Assembly (NCBI GenBank): GCA_963833125.1
Contig: CAWHWX010000001.1
Location: 256,001-320,000, forward strand
Direction: 5' to 3'
DNA from: Candidatus Bathyarchaeota archaeon
GTDB taxonomy: Archaea > Thermoproteota > Bathyarchaeia > 40CM-2-53-6
DNA length: 64,000 nt
Shown piece by piece: positions 8,577 to 18,992 of the stretch (the stretch's first letter is position 1; every line of letters begins with the position of its first letter). The notes under the pieces were generated by a model. The model searched no databases. It saw only the letters and a list, made by a program, of their open reading frames with translations, and was not told the DNA's origin. The position numbers and the translations under genes were made by a program.

Positions 8577-9506
8577 TCAACTTGACACGATCTGCTTCAA
8601 TAGTGCAGCCCTGACGTACAATCCATTCCTCGCTTGTTCGAAATATCTTGCGATCGGCAGTCCGTCAAGGTCTGCGTTGAGTTCGTCTACTCTCGGGAGA
8701 GGGTGCATGATGAACGGCAAGCGGTCATACTTACTCAAAGACGCCTTGTTGAGTTGATATGAGCCTTTGAGTCGCTCGTATTCTCCGCCCTCGGTGAATC
8801 TTTCCTTTTGAAGGCGAGTGACGTAGAGAAAATCGAGGTTTTGGATTACGTTCTCGTAGGTCTCAACTTTTTTCACTTGAATGTACTTCAGGGAAGCAAC
8901 TACCTCAGGTCTGATTTGGAGTTCTGAAGGCGCGATATAGAAGACCGTTACATTCCTGAACTTGTCTAAACCGTATGAGAGGCTGCTTGTCGTCCTGCTG
9001 TGAGCCAAGTCACCCATGAGGCCTACCGTGACTCCATCGATTTTTCCTCGGAGCTTTTGCATCGTGTAAAGGTCGAGCATCGCTTGGGTCGGATGTTCGT
9101 GGGAGCCGTCGCCGGCGTTGATTACTGGCGCGGAACAGATATCGGCTGCGATCTTGGCTGAACCCTCAACTTTCGACCTTACAACGATCACATCTGGCGA
9201 ATAGCCGTCAATCATTCGCATACTGTCTTCGAAGGTTTCGCCCTTTGCGGTAGACGTTGCCTCAACGGGTCCGAAGTCTATGACTTCCCCTCCTATCTTG
9301 GTCATTGCAAACTGAAAACTGAGCCTGGTTCGAGTCGAAGGTTCCATAAAGACAGTGGCCAAAATGCGTCCCGCGCGCATGGGGAGGACACTTTTCTTGT
9401 CCAATTTCTTTCTTAGCGCATCAGTCTCGCGGAATAGATTCTCGTAGAAGGTTCGTGGAAGAGATAGAGTAGACAGGACGTCTCTGTTCGTGGAATTGCT
9501 GCGCAT
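8577..9506 (-). CDS. pyrB: Aspartate carbamoyltransferase catalytic subunit
   Basis: EPSTRTRLSF, KGET, NAGDGSHEHPTQ, TRLQKERF, MHPLPR. Confidence 0.97.
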   Translation of the reverse strand: MRSNSTNRDVLSTLSLPRTFYENLFRETDALRKKLDKKSVLPMRAGRILATVFMEPSTRTRLSFQFAMTKIGGEVIDFGPVEATSTAKGETFEDSMRMIDGYSPDVIVVRSKVEGSAKIAADICSAPVINAGDGSHEHPTQAMLDLYTMQKLRGKIDGVTVGLMGDLAHSRTTSSLSYGLDKFRNVTVFYIAPSELQIRPEVVASLKYIQVKKVETYENVIQNLDFLYVTRLQKERFTEGGEYERLKGSYQLNKASLSKYDRLPFIMHPLPRVDELNADLDGLPIARYFEQARNGLYVRAALLKQIVSS

Positions 9507-9691
9507 TGCACGTCACACAGAAAACTCTCGCAAGCGGATTTATATGATGTGCCTCGTTCCCTTCGATGGCGTGATAAGGTCCTTTCTCAAAATTCATCCT
9601 CAGCCGAAACGCAATTACGTGCCGCCCACAAAGGCCGAACGGACAAGTTTACCGACTATGAGAAATACGTGACTGTCTCAAGGGTGATGAC

Positions 9692-11042
9692 ATGAAAGGC
9701 TCCAACCTAACGGTGAAGGACGGCACAATTGTTACTCCTGATGTTGTCTTCAAGGGAGACATAAGAATCGTAGATGGGAAGATCGTGGAGATCGGAAAAC
9801 GCCTTGCGTCACAAGGCGAGAAAGTAGTTGATGCGTCAGGTCTTTTCGTTCTCCCGGGCGCTATAGACTCGCATGTCCACATGAGAGAGCCTGGTCTGAC
9901 TGAGTTCGAGGACTTTCAGACTGGGACGGCGGCTGCAGCTGCTGGAGGCGTCACCACAATTCTCGAAATGCCCAATACAATACCCCCAGTGGACACGGCA
10001 TCAAAACTCAGAGAGAAGAGAGATCAGGTTTCGAGAAAAGCTGCTGTGGATTTCGGATTGTACGGCGTGCTCCATGACAGCAACTTGGGAGCAGTCGAAG
10101 AATTGATCGAGTCGGGCGCTGTTGGGTTGAAGGCGTTCTTGGGACCGACTACGGGCAATATCCCGCCGCCGTCTGATGCAACTATCTACGAGGCGCTGCT
10201 CCTCTCCAAGAAGATGGGTTTTCCAATAGCGTTCCATGCTGAGAATGCGGCAATGATCACATATTACACGGAACTGATCAAGAAAACAGGTCGAACAGAT
10301 CCTAGGGTACATTGTGATTCGAGGCCAGTTATCTGTGAAACCGAACCAATTAACAGACTTGCTTTCTTAACTCTCAAAAGCGGCGGACACGGACATATAG
10401 TCCACATGAGCACTGGCGAAGGAGCCAAGATTGTATCTAGCTACAAGAAGCTCGGGGCGCCAATAACCTGCGAAACAGACCCGCAATATCTCTCGATGAC
10501 AGAAGAGGACCAGGAGAAGTATGGATCTTTAGCCAAGATCAACCCCCCTCTTAGAACTCCAAAGGACCAAGCTACTTTGTGGGATGCGATAGCTTCGGGC
10601 ATAATTGATACGTTGGGCTCCGATCACGCTCCACACTCTGCTGAACTCAAGAAAAGCCCAAACATTTGGAACGCACCTTCCGGGTTCATTGGCGTTGAAA
10701 CACTCGTTCCAGTGATGTTGGACTTTGTCGCGAATGGGAAAACTACGCTAGAGAAGATTGCGCTTCTGTTGAGCCAGAACCCAGCGATGCTCTACAAACT
10801 GTGGCCCCGTAAAGGCAGAATCGGTTTGAATGCCGATGGGGATTTGACGATAGTCGAGGTTGGGGAAGGAACATGTGATCAAAGCTGAGAATATGCATAG
10901 CAAACAGCGAGTCACGCCTTTCGACGGGCGCGTCATCAAAGCAGCAGTAAAGTACACCGTTGTAAGAGGAAATTTAGTTTACGACGGCGAAGTTGGCCCT
11001 CCCGCTGGAGATTGGATAAACCCAATGTCAATACAGCAGTGA
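9692..11042 (+). CDS. pyrC: Dihydroorotase (type I), one frameshift near 10860
   Basis: HVHMREPG with substrate-binding Arg, EMPNT, KINPPLR, SDHAPH; ORF 10860-11042 supplies the C-terminus (TPFDG...TVVRG); divergent from pyrB. Confidence 0.75.
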
Positions 11043-11124
11043 CCATGGGGAAGCACATTCAAGTATATGACTAAGGACACGACAATAATTCATCTAGAGC
11101 CCGGGCAATAAGGAGCAGCAACTT

Positions 11125-13494
11125 TTGCACACTATCGGCAAGGTAACGCGGAGGAAGGATGGGATAGCAAAGGTTACTGGTCGAGAATTGTTTGCGTCGG
11201 ATATTTGGCTGCCTGAAATGCTATGCGCAGCCGTACTAAAGAGCCCGTACCCTCACGCCAAGATCACGAACATAGATGTCAGTAAAGCGGAGAAGCTCGG
11301 GGCTGTGTGTCTCACCTACAAGGACACTCCTACCGTGAGATATTGTCCTCGTCTAGTGAGCACGCCTGAAGCCACCTACAAAGACTGGACACTGCTGACT
11401 GACACTCCGCGGTTCGTAGGCGAACCAATAGCAGTGGTCGCCGCAGAAACCGACCACGACGCGTTAGAAGCCCTCAGGGCAATACGAGTCGAGTATGAGC
11501 CACTCGAAACGTCTTTCGACGCCGAAGAATCCATGAAACCCGGTAAATCTCTAATCCATGAGACGGTGGTACTACACGATAAGGTTCTGCAGGTTCAACA
11601 AAACGTCGGTTGCACCCTCAATGTTTCTGAAGGAGATGTTGAGCGTGGCTTCCGTGAAGCGGACCAGATCATAGAACGAGAGTACCGAAGCAACAGGCGT
11701 TATCATTTTCAACTGGAAACAAAGGCCGCTATCTGCAGGCCCGAACCGGACGGTGGAGTGACGGTCTGGACGACTACCCAAACAATCCACAATACTCGCA
11801 TATTGATCAGTGAAGTGTTCAAGATTCCGCTCAGTAAGGTCAATGTGAAGAAGACGGCCCTTGGGGGAAGTTTTGGCTCTAGTATTCAAACGAACCCTGC
11901 TACCATGATTGCCGTAGCCTTAGCACTAAAGGCGAGGCGTCCGGTTCGTGTAATTTACACCAGAGAAGAGGATCTGCACGACCATTGTTCCTACCAAATG
12001 ATTTTCAGATTGAAACTTGGAGCGACGAAGGAAGGAAAACTTACAGCGGGCACACTTGAAGCGATACTTGACATTGGCGCACATCAGGTTCAGGCTTTCC
12101 CACTGTTAGGGTGTGTGGTGGGTTGGTGGGTTTCCCTCTACAAGCTTCCAAACTTGAAGTATGAGGGCAAGGCAGTTTACACGAATAAGGTTCCGTCATG
12201 TGCCCTGCGTGGCTACGGAAACCCGCAGACATGTTGGGCCGTGGAGTCGATTATGGACGAGTTCGCCGAGCAACTAGGAATCGACCCGCTCCAATTCAAA
12301 CTGAAAAACTACGTGGGTAAGGGTGACGTCTTCTGGGGACAGGGACCAACTGTCAAATCAATAATCCAAAGCTGCGGCGTCGAAGAAATTCTCACTCGTG
12401 GAGCGCCACTAATCAAATGGGACACACGGCCTAAACCCGGCGAGCAAACGGGAAGACTTCGAAGAGGAATTGGGCTTGGGCGAGGATTCCACACTTCGAG
12501 CGCAGGCGCCCCTGTGCCCAGCCATGTCGTAGATTACGGCGGCGCGATCGTGAAGATAAACGAAGACGGAACCGTAGATTACATCACCGCCATGATGGAC
12601 CATGGCGGAGGATCGCTTGAAGCCCAGGCGAAGATAGTGGCAGAGGAGTTAGGAGTTCCACTTGATAATGTCAACATAGTGCTGGGGGATACTCAGACGA
12701 CGGTTTACGATGTGTGTACCCACGCTTCAAGAGGAGTCTACGCGGGCGGAGGTGCAGCATGGAAGGTTGCAAAAGAGGCTAAGGAAAAACTATTCGAGTT
12801 CGCCTCACGAATCATTGGCGTGTATCCCTCAGGTCTGAAAATAAGACCGGATGAAAAGCTCGGTCAAGGAATAATCTATGCTGAAGGAATGCCTGACAAA
12901 AATATAACCATCAAAGAGGTCGTCGCGACTGCTCGCAATAAGAATTGGGGAACCGTATATGCGGAAGCCAGCCTGCGAATGACAGCCTGTCCACCGCACT
13001 TCACAGGATACTTCGTTGAGGTGGAAGTTGATACTGAAACCGGAATCGTGAAACCGATCAAGGTTGTCGCAGGCGCCGACATTGGAACAGTCATTAACCC
13101 TGACCTCGCGGAAGGTCAAATCCATGGTGGCTTCGCGATGGGTTGGATGATGGTGCAAGAAGACCTTCCTTACGACCCAAAGAACGGCGATATGCTCAAC
13201 AAAGGTTTCATAACGGACTACAAGATCGCATCAGCAGACGACCTACCACCGCCCGATGATATGCATATCTTCTTTGTCGACACATACGAACCCACTGGGC
13301 CATTCGGTGCCAAAGGAATTGGAGAAGGCGCCCTAAACCCCGTAGCAGGCGCCATAGCTAACGCAATCTACAACGCTATTGGCATCAGGTTCTACCAACT
13401 TCCGATAACAGCAGATAAGATACTTGCAGCACTAAGGAGAAAGGAGAATGTACACCAACCAGATCAATACGAGAATCCTATACCCGTCGTTTGA
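11125..13494 (+). CDS. Xanthine dehydrogenase-family molybdopterin-binding large subunit (operon 1)
   Basis: KVTG, SPYPHA, GGSFGSS, LRGYGNPQ, HASR, GQIHGG, AKGIGE. Confidence 0.95.
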   Translation: MHTIGKVTRRKDGIAKVTGRELFASDIWLPEMLCAAVLKSPYPHAKITNIDVSKAEKLGAVCLTYKDTPTVRYCPRLVSTPEATYKDWTLLTDTPRFVGEPIAVVAAETDHDALEALRAIRVEYEPLETSFDAEESMKPGKSLIHETVVLHDKVLQVQQNVGCTLNVSEGDVERGFREADQIIEREYRSNRRYHFQLETKAAICRPEPDGGVTVWTTTQTIHNTRILISEVFKIPLSKVNVKKTALGGSFGSSIQTNPATMIAVALALKARRPVRVIYTREEDLHDHCSYQMIFRLKLGATKEGKLTAGTLEAILDIGAHQVQAFPLLGCVVGWWVSLYKLPNLKYEGKAVYTNKVPSCALRGYGNPQTCWAVESIMDEFAEQLGIDPLQFKLKNYVGKGDVFWGQGPTVKSIIQSCGVEEILTRGAPLIKWDTRPKPGEQTGRLRRGIGLGRGFHTSSAGAPVPSHVVDYGGAIVKINEDGTVDYITAMMDHGGGSLEAQAKIVAEELGVPLDNVNIVLGDTQTTVYDVCTHASRGVYAGGGAAWKVAKEAKEKLFEFASRIIGVYPSGLKIRPDEKLGQGIIYAEGMPDKNITIKEVVATARNKNWGTVYAEASLRMTACPPHFTGYFVEVEVDTETGIVKPIKVVAGADIGTVINPDLAEGQIHGGFAMGWMMVQEDLPYDPKNGDMLNKGFITDYKIASADDLPPPDDMHIFFVDTYEPTGPFGAKGIGEGALNPVAGAIANAIYNAIGIRFYQLPITADKILAALRRKENVHQPDQYENPIPVV

Positions 13495-14335
13495 ATACTT
13501 CGTACCGAGCACACCAGAAGAAACTGCCGCCCTCCTTGCTAAGTACAAGGATGCGACTATTCTTGCTGGCGGCACAGATCTATTCATCAAAATGAAACAA
13601 GGACTCATCGAGCCCAAGGTTATCATCAGAGTTAAGCAGCCAAGTTTCATCGAGGAAAGGCCGGATGGCTTTCATATCGGCGCCGCAACCAAACTAAGAA
13701 CCATAGAAAAATCTCAGGTCATGACCGAAAGATTCCGCGCTCTATTCGAAGCCATTAGACTAGTCGGCTCTGTTCAGATAAGGTACATGGCAACACTGGG
13801 CGGAAACCTCTGCAACGCCAGTCCCGCAGCAGATACTGCCCCTCCGCTCTTAGTAATGGGAGCTGAGGTGAAGATGCTCAGTGCGAATGGGGCAAGAACA
13901 GTTGCTTTGAAGGAATTCTTCCTCGGTCCAGGAAAGACCATGCTATCTAAGTCCGAGATGCTCACTGAGATTCATATACCGAGCCCACGAGCTCACACCG
14001 GAACATCATTTATCCGGCTTTCAAGAGCGAGCATGGACATTGCAAAGATCAGCATCGCCGTAATGCTTCAACTCGATACTAACAAGCGAATCTCTGATGC
14101 CAAAATCGCACTCGGATCAGTTGCTCCAACCCCGATCATGGCAAATGAGTCAGCCGATCTCCTGACGGGCAACCGGCTAACGCGGGAGACATTGAATCGA
14201 GTGTCTCATAGCGTAGCTGATGAAATTCGACCGATAACAGACATCCGTGGAACGGCTGAATATAGGAAGGATGTCTCTCATGTGATCACGCGTGATGCTA
14301 TAGAGGTGGCATACAGGAGGGCAGAGGTTAGTTGA
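13448..14335 (+). CDS. XDH-family FAD-binding medium subunit (operon 1)
   Basis: LAGGTDL, ATLGGNLCNASPAAD, PITDIRGTAEYR. Confidence 0.95.
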   Translation: MYTNQINTRILYPSFEYFVPSTPEETAALLAKYKDATILAGGTDLFIKMKQGLIEPKVIIRVKQPSFIEERPDGFHIGAATKLRTIEKSQVMTERFRALFEAIRLVGSVQIRYMATLGGNLCNASPAADTAPPLLVMGAEVKMLSANGARTVALKEFFLGPGKTMLSKSEMLTEIHIPSPRAHTGTSFIRLSRASMDIAKISIAVMLQLDTNKRISDAKIALGSVAPTPIMANESADLLTGNRLTRETLNRVSHSVADEIRPITDIRGTAEYRKDVSHVITRDAIEVAYRRAEVS

Positions 14336-14814
14336 CGTCTAAAAAGAGCATAAAATTTGTGATAAACGGGACGCCGAGGAAACTCGATGTCGAACCGAAC
14401 GAGTTGCTCATGAATTGTATTAGAGACAACCTACACCTGACTGGAACCAAATACGTCTGCGGGATTGGAGAATGTGGGGCCTGCACTGTCTTGTTGGATG
14501 GCGAACCAGTACTATCGTGCTTAACGTTGGCCTTGGACGTAGACGGCAAGGATGTACTTACGATTGAAGGTATTTCCAAGAACGGTGAGCTTGATAGCGT
14601 CCAGCAGGCTTTCGTCGATGAAGGAGCCGTTCAATGTGGTTACTGCATTCCTGGTCTAATAATGACGACAGAAAGTTTACTCAAGGAAAATCCAGCGCCG
14701 ACAGAGAACGACGTTAGGGAATATCTTAGAGGAAATCTATGCAGGTGTACCGGCTACATGAACATTATCAAAGCCATAAGCAAAGCAGCAAGCGAACAGA
14801 AAAGAACCGCATGA
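14332..14814 (+). CDS. XDH-family [2Fe-2S] small subunit (operon 1)
   Basis: CGIGECGACTV, QCGYC, NLCRCTGY. Confidence 0.95.
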   Translation: MTSKKSIKFVINGTPRKLDVEPNELLMNCIRDNLHLTGTKYVCGIGECGACTVLLDGEPVLSCLTLALDVDGKDVLTIEGISKNGELDSVQQAFVDEGAVQCGYCIPGLIMTTESLLKENPAPTENDVREYLRGNLCRCTGYMNIIKAISKAASEQKRTA

Positions 14815-14824
14815 TCTGCGTGAA

Positions 14825-15298
14825 TTATTTTCTAGTTTTGGCAGCAGCAGATTTGATTGCGTCGATCTGATGCAGGTAGCCGGTGCAGCGGCAGAGATTT
14901 CCTGAGATGTAATTTCTAATTTCTTCGTTGGTCGGGTCCGGGTTTTCTTCAATAAGTGATTTGGCGGACATGATTAGGCCTGGGATGCAGTATCCGCATT
15001 GAACCGCATCCATATCTATGAAAGTCTGTTGCACCGGATGAAGTTTTTCTGCTGTTCCTATTCCTTCGATCGTTGTGATTTCTTTTCTGGCTATCTGTGG
15101 TGCGAGAACCAAGCAGGCGTTGACCGCGCGCCCGTTCAACTGAATCGTGCAGGCTCCGCAGTCTCCGCGGTCGCAGCCTCTCTTCGTTCCAGTTAGCTTA
15201 AGTTCATTATGTAGCAGGTCGAGTAGCGTCGCGTTCGGTTTCACCAGCGCCCTAGTAGGCTTCCCGTTCAAAACGAATTCAATGTCTACAAGTTTCAT
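14825..15298 (-). CDS. XDH-family [2Fe-2S] small subunit (operon 2)
   Basis: GCDRGDCGACT, QCGYC, NLCRCTGY. Confidence 0.95.
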   Translation of the reverse strand: MKLVDIEFVLNGKPTRALVKPNATLLDLLHNELKLTGTKRGCDRGDCGACTIQLNGRAVNACLVLAPQIARKEITTIEGIGTAEKLHPVQQTFIDMDAVQCGYCIPGLIMSAKSLIEENPDPTNEEIRNYISGNLCRCTGYLHQIDAIKSAAAKTRK

Positions 15299-15308
15299 AC
15301 TTTCAACC

Positions 15309-16172
15309 TCATGACTTGGCTCGCTTCAAAGCTTCCTGGATAGCTTTACGGACGTATACTCTGCTGGTATCCTTTCGGTATTCAGCGGAGGCTCTAATGT
15401 CTGAGATTGGTTTTATTTCGTCAAAGGCTTTCTGAGCCGCTGTGCGAATATTCTCCTCGGTAGGCTCTGCACCTTCTAGAACTTTTTCAGCGCTCTTGAT
15501 TCGAATCGGTGTGGGAGCCACCGAGCCCATCGCGATTCGAGCAACTGAGCAAACTTTCCCGTTCAACGTGAGAAATGCTGCGGCGCTTACGATGGATATT
15601 ATATTGCCTCCGCGTTTTGCCAGCCTAAAGAACGCTCCGCCGCTCTTCGGCGGTGGAATTGGAATTGTCACTTCCGTCACTAATTCGTCTGCCGCGAGCA
15701 CGGTCTTCTTGACGTGCAAGAAGAACTCATTGAGTTTGATGGTTCGTTCGGCTTCTCCCTTTCTAATTTTGAGGCTCGCATCTAACACTAGGAGTGGAGG
15801 GGCACTGTCCGCAGCTGGAGAAGCATTGGCCAAGTTTCCTCCTATTGTGGCTATGTTTCGTACTCCGATCTCACCGACTAGTTGAGAGGCCTCCGCGAGC
15901 ATTGGGATCTTTGTCCGAACGAGTTTGGATAACTCCATATCCCTCATTTTGGTAGCGGCACCAATTCTCAGATGACCGTCTTCTTCGCGGATGTAGCTTA
16001 GTTCTGGGACATTGCTGATGTCAATGATGTGAGTGGGTTTCATAATGCCTTGTTGAAGTAGGAGAACAAGGTCGGTACCACCCGCAAGAACTTTCGATTT
16101 TCCACCGTAACTCGATAAGTAACTTAGCGTCTCCCCCAGGTTCGTCGGACGTAGATACTCGAATTCGTTCAT
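15309..16172 (-). CDS. XDH-family FAD-binding medium subunit (operon 2)
   Basis: LAGGTDL, ATIGGNLANASPAAD, PISDIRASAEYR. Confidence 0.95.
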   Translation of the reverse strand: MNEFEYLRPTNLGETLSYLSSYGGKSKVLAGGTDLVLLLQQGIMKPTHIIDISNVPELSYIREEDGHLRIGAATKMRDMELSKLVRTKIPMLAEASQLVGEIGVRNIATIGGNLANASPAADSAPPLLVLDASLKIRKGEAERTIKLNEFFLHVKKTVLAADELVTEVTIPIPPPKSGGAFFRLAKRGGNIISIVSAAAFLTLNGKVCSVARIAMGSVAPTPIRIKSAEKVLEGAEPTEENIRTAAQKAFDEIKPISDIRASAEYRKDTSRVYVRKAIQEALKRAKS

Positions 16173-16465
16173 TACCCGCCCACCACCGGAGGAAAAATCT
16201 GCAAAATGTCACCATCATGAAGTTCCTTTCTTAGGCCATCTTCTGGTCTTAGCACATCCTTATTCAGGAATATCCGGTAGAATCTCAAATCAATCTGGTT
16301 GTGTGTGTCGAAGAGACTTTCCCTGAACTCTTGGCCGTATTTCTGCGCGAGCGTGTCGAGCGCTTGCCTAACATTAGCTGCCTCAACTTTGGTTTCATTC
16401 TCTCCAGCGATCGCTCTCAGGGCTGAGTGAATTCTCACAACAATTTGCGCCATGTTTGATATCAT
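16172..16465 (-). CDS. MoaD/ThiS/SAMP ubiquitin-like sulfur carrier
   Basis: Beta-grasp size (97 aa), LHDGDILQIFPPVVGG C-terminal di-glycine; overlaps both neighbours. Confidence 0.92.
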   Translation of the reverse strand: MISNMAQIVVRIHSALRAIAGENETKVEAANVRQALDTLAQKYGQEFRESLFDTHNQIDLRFYRIFLNKDVLRPEDGLRKELHDGDILQIFPPVVGG

Positions 16466-18861
16466 GCCCTCGGCCCGCCGGCTTTCTTGATTGCCATAAG
16501 AACCCGTTCGGGATTGATTGGTAGATCCCTGATGCGTATCCCTATGGCGTCTGCAACCGCGTTCGCGATCGAGGCTGGCATTGCAATTAGGGGTGGTTCA
16601 CCAATTCCCTTGGCTCCGAACGGTCCCCACTTGTATGCCTTCTCTATCAGGATTGGTTTCTCGATTTCTGGCATGTCCATTGAGGTTGGCATCAAGTAGT
16701 CCATGAAGTTCGGGTTCCGAACTATCCCGTCTTGGATGATTAAGTCCTCCATTATAGCAAACCCCAGACCCTGAGCGATTCCACCGTGGATTTGGCTCTC
16801 GATTAGTGCAGGGTTGATTGCGAAACCGACATCGTAGGCGGGTGTGATTCTCAGAACCTTGATTTCACCGGTCTCAGTATCAACCTCAACTTCAGTAACG
16901 TGGGCCGCGAAACTGTAGTTAGCGTACGCCTCTCCCAACCCTTTCTCCTGATCGAAGACATTCTTAGGGGCTCGGAAGTAGCCTGTATGTGAAATATTCG
17001 CCCCACGCTCATAGCATTGACGAGCTAGGTCTTTGAACTCGATCTTCTTTTCCGGATTCTTCGCGGAGTAAGCCCATCCATTTCTTATCTCAACATCATT
17101 GGGAGTGCAGTTTAGCAAGTCGGCTGCGATAGCGTTCAGGCTTTGGCGTGCCTTGTACGCGGCAACCATTGCCGCGGCCCCGCCACGTGTCAACCCGCGT
17201 GACGCATGAGTCGGTCCACTGTCGGGCACGGCGCCTGTGTCCGGGTTTTCGCGGTGAATAGCCTCGAACGGGACGCCTAGTATCTCCGCTACAATTTGCA
17301 TATGCCCCGTAAGAGTTCCCTGTCCCACATCTGTGATACCGGTCCTGTACCGAACGCTACCATCCTTGTTGACCATCACGTAGGCCGCGGAATAGTCCGG
17401 CGCGCCACGGCTGGTGCTGTTTCCATGGTACATCAACGCAACGCCGATTCCTCGTCTCTTCGTTCCGCGGATCTTCCTGTAGGATTCTTTCTTTTCTTTC
17501 CATCTAGAGATTCTTGCGCTCTCTACCAGGCACTCCTCCACTCCAACTGAATGGTCGAGCAACTGGTTCGTTGCGGTGTATGATCCGTCACGAAGAACAT
17601 TCTTGAGTCGGAAGTCAACAGGATCCATCCCGAGTTTCTCAGCCAGCTCATCGATCTGAGATTCAGCGGCGAATTCGCCTTGAACGTTCCCGAAACCCCG
17701 GTATGACCCGGAATAGAGATTGTTCGTGTAGACTGAAACAGCGTCAACCTTTACATTTGGTACAACGTACGGTCCCGCCGCATGTACGGCAGACCTCCAT
17801 AGCACATATGGGCCGTGCGAGGCATAGGCGCCTGTATCCGAGGTTAACTCAATCTGTGCCGCTTGCAGTTTTCCATCTTTCGACGCTCCAAGCTTATGTT
17901 TGATCCTGTAGGGGTATCGTTTGTTGTGACAGCAGATCGATTCCTCTCTTGTATGAATTAGCATTGCGGGACGACCGGTTTTCGTCGCGACCAAAGCGAC
18001 GCGTGATGATAATTCAGGTGGGACATCGTCTTTACCTCCAAATCCTCCGCCCGTTGCTGCTTGGATAATGCGGACTTGGTCAAGTGGCACGCCGAGGATT
18101 TTAGCCACATTCATCTGGACGAGGAAGGGTGATTGGGTACCTACGATCACAGTAACGGATCCGTCGGGCTCAGGAAGGCCCAACGCTGCTTCGGGCTCCA
18201 AGTATCCGTGTTCCTGTCTCGGGGTCGAATATTCGTTCTCGACGATGGCGTCGGATTTCTCGAACCCCTTGACAACGTCCCCTTTGCGGACACGGCATTC
18301 GTACATCACATTGCCGTTCTCGTGTATCTTGGGGGCCCCTGATTTCAAAGCCTCTTTGGGGTCAAAGACCGCGGGTAGCGGTGAATAATCCACTTTGACA
18401 AGCTTCAAAGCCTCTATTGCTTGTTCTGGGGTTTCCGCAGCAACGATCGCCACGCCGTCCCCTACGAATCTTACTTTGTCTTTGACAAGCAATGGTTGAT
18501 CCGGGAACGTGAAACCCCAATCATTGATACCCGGAATATCTTTCGCGGTCAACACTGTGACTACGCCAGGCGCAGCGAGAGCATCTTTCGTCTCGATACT
18601 ATTGATTAATGCGTGCGGGTGTGGGCTTCTGAGAATCTTCAAGTAAATCATACGGTCGTAGAAATAATCGCCAGTATACTTGGCTCTCCCAAGCACCTGA
18701 TCGAGAGCACCCGATCGTATTACATTCTTGCCGACAATATCGAAGTTCCTTTTCTTTGAGAAGCTCTCGACGATCTCCAAGTAATCCTGCTGCAATAAAT
18801 GACCTTCATTAACGCTCGGAAGAGCCCTCTTAAAAAAGGTTGATTGGATTTTCCCGCGCAT
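16462..18861 (-). CDS. XDH-family molybdopterin-binding large subunit (operon 2)
   Basis: GGGFGGKDD, YRGFGNVQ, PDSGPTHASR, QIHGG, AKGIGEP. Confidence 0.95.
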   Translation of the reverse strand: MRGKIQSTFFKRALPSVNEGHLLQQDYLEIVESFSKKRNFDIVGKNVIRSGALDQVLGRAKYTGDYFYDRMIYLKILRSPHPHALINSIETKDALAAPGVVTVLTAKDIPGINDWGFTFPDQPLLVKDKVRFVGDGVAIVAAETPEQAIEALKLVKVDYSPLPAVFDPKEALKSGAPKIHENGNVMYECRVRKGDVVKGFEKSDAIVENEYSTPRQEHGYLEPEAALGLPEPDGSVTVIVGTQSPFLVQMNVAKILGVPLDQVRIIQAATGGGFGGKDDVPPELSSRVALVATKTGRPAMLIHTREESICCHNKRYPYRIKHKLGASKDGKLQAAQIELTSDTGAYASHGPYVLWRSAVHAAGPYVVPNVKVDAVSVYTNNLYSGSYRGFGNVQGEFAAESQIDELAEKLGMDPVDFRLKNVLRDGSYTATNQLLDHSVGVEECLVESARISRWKEKKESYRKIRGTKRRGIGVALMYHGNSTSRGAPDYSAAYVMVNKDGSVRYRTGITDVGQGTLTGHMQIVAEILGVPFEAIHRENPDTGAVPDSGPTHASRGLTRGGAAAMVAAYKARQSLNAIAADLLNCTPNDVEIRNGWAYSAKNPEKKIEFKDLARQCYERGANISHTGYFRAPKNVFDQEKGLGEAYANYSFAAHVTEVEVDTETGEIKVLRITPAYDVGFAINPALIESQIHGGIAQGLGFAIMEDLIIQDGIVRNPNFMDYLMPTSMDMPEIEKPILIEKAYKWGPFGAKGIGEPPLIAMPASIANAVADAIGIRIRDLPINPERVLMAIKKAGGPRA

Positions 18862-18992
18862 GAAATCACGAAGTATGCCGGAGCATCAGAAATAATCCCG
18901 TTTTATTGGTGCCTTTACGGAAATGTAGATTCTCTTCGTGCTCAGGCGGTCAGCCGCATGCATCTCATTGAAGTAACGACTTTCCCTCTCCA

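Noticed and set aside
11125-18861. Aerobic CO dehydrogenase (coxLMS)
   Set aside because: Active-site loops are ALRGYG and SYRGFG, not AYxCSFR (form I) or AYxGAGR (form II)
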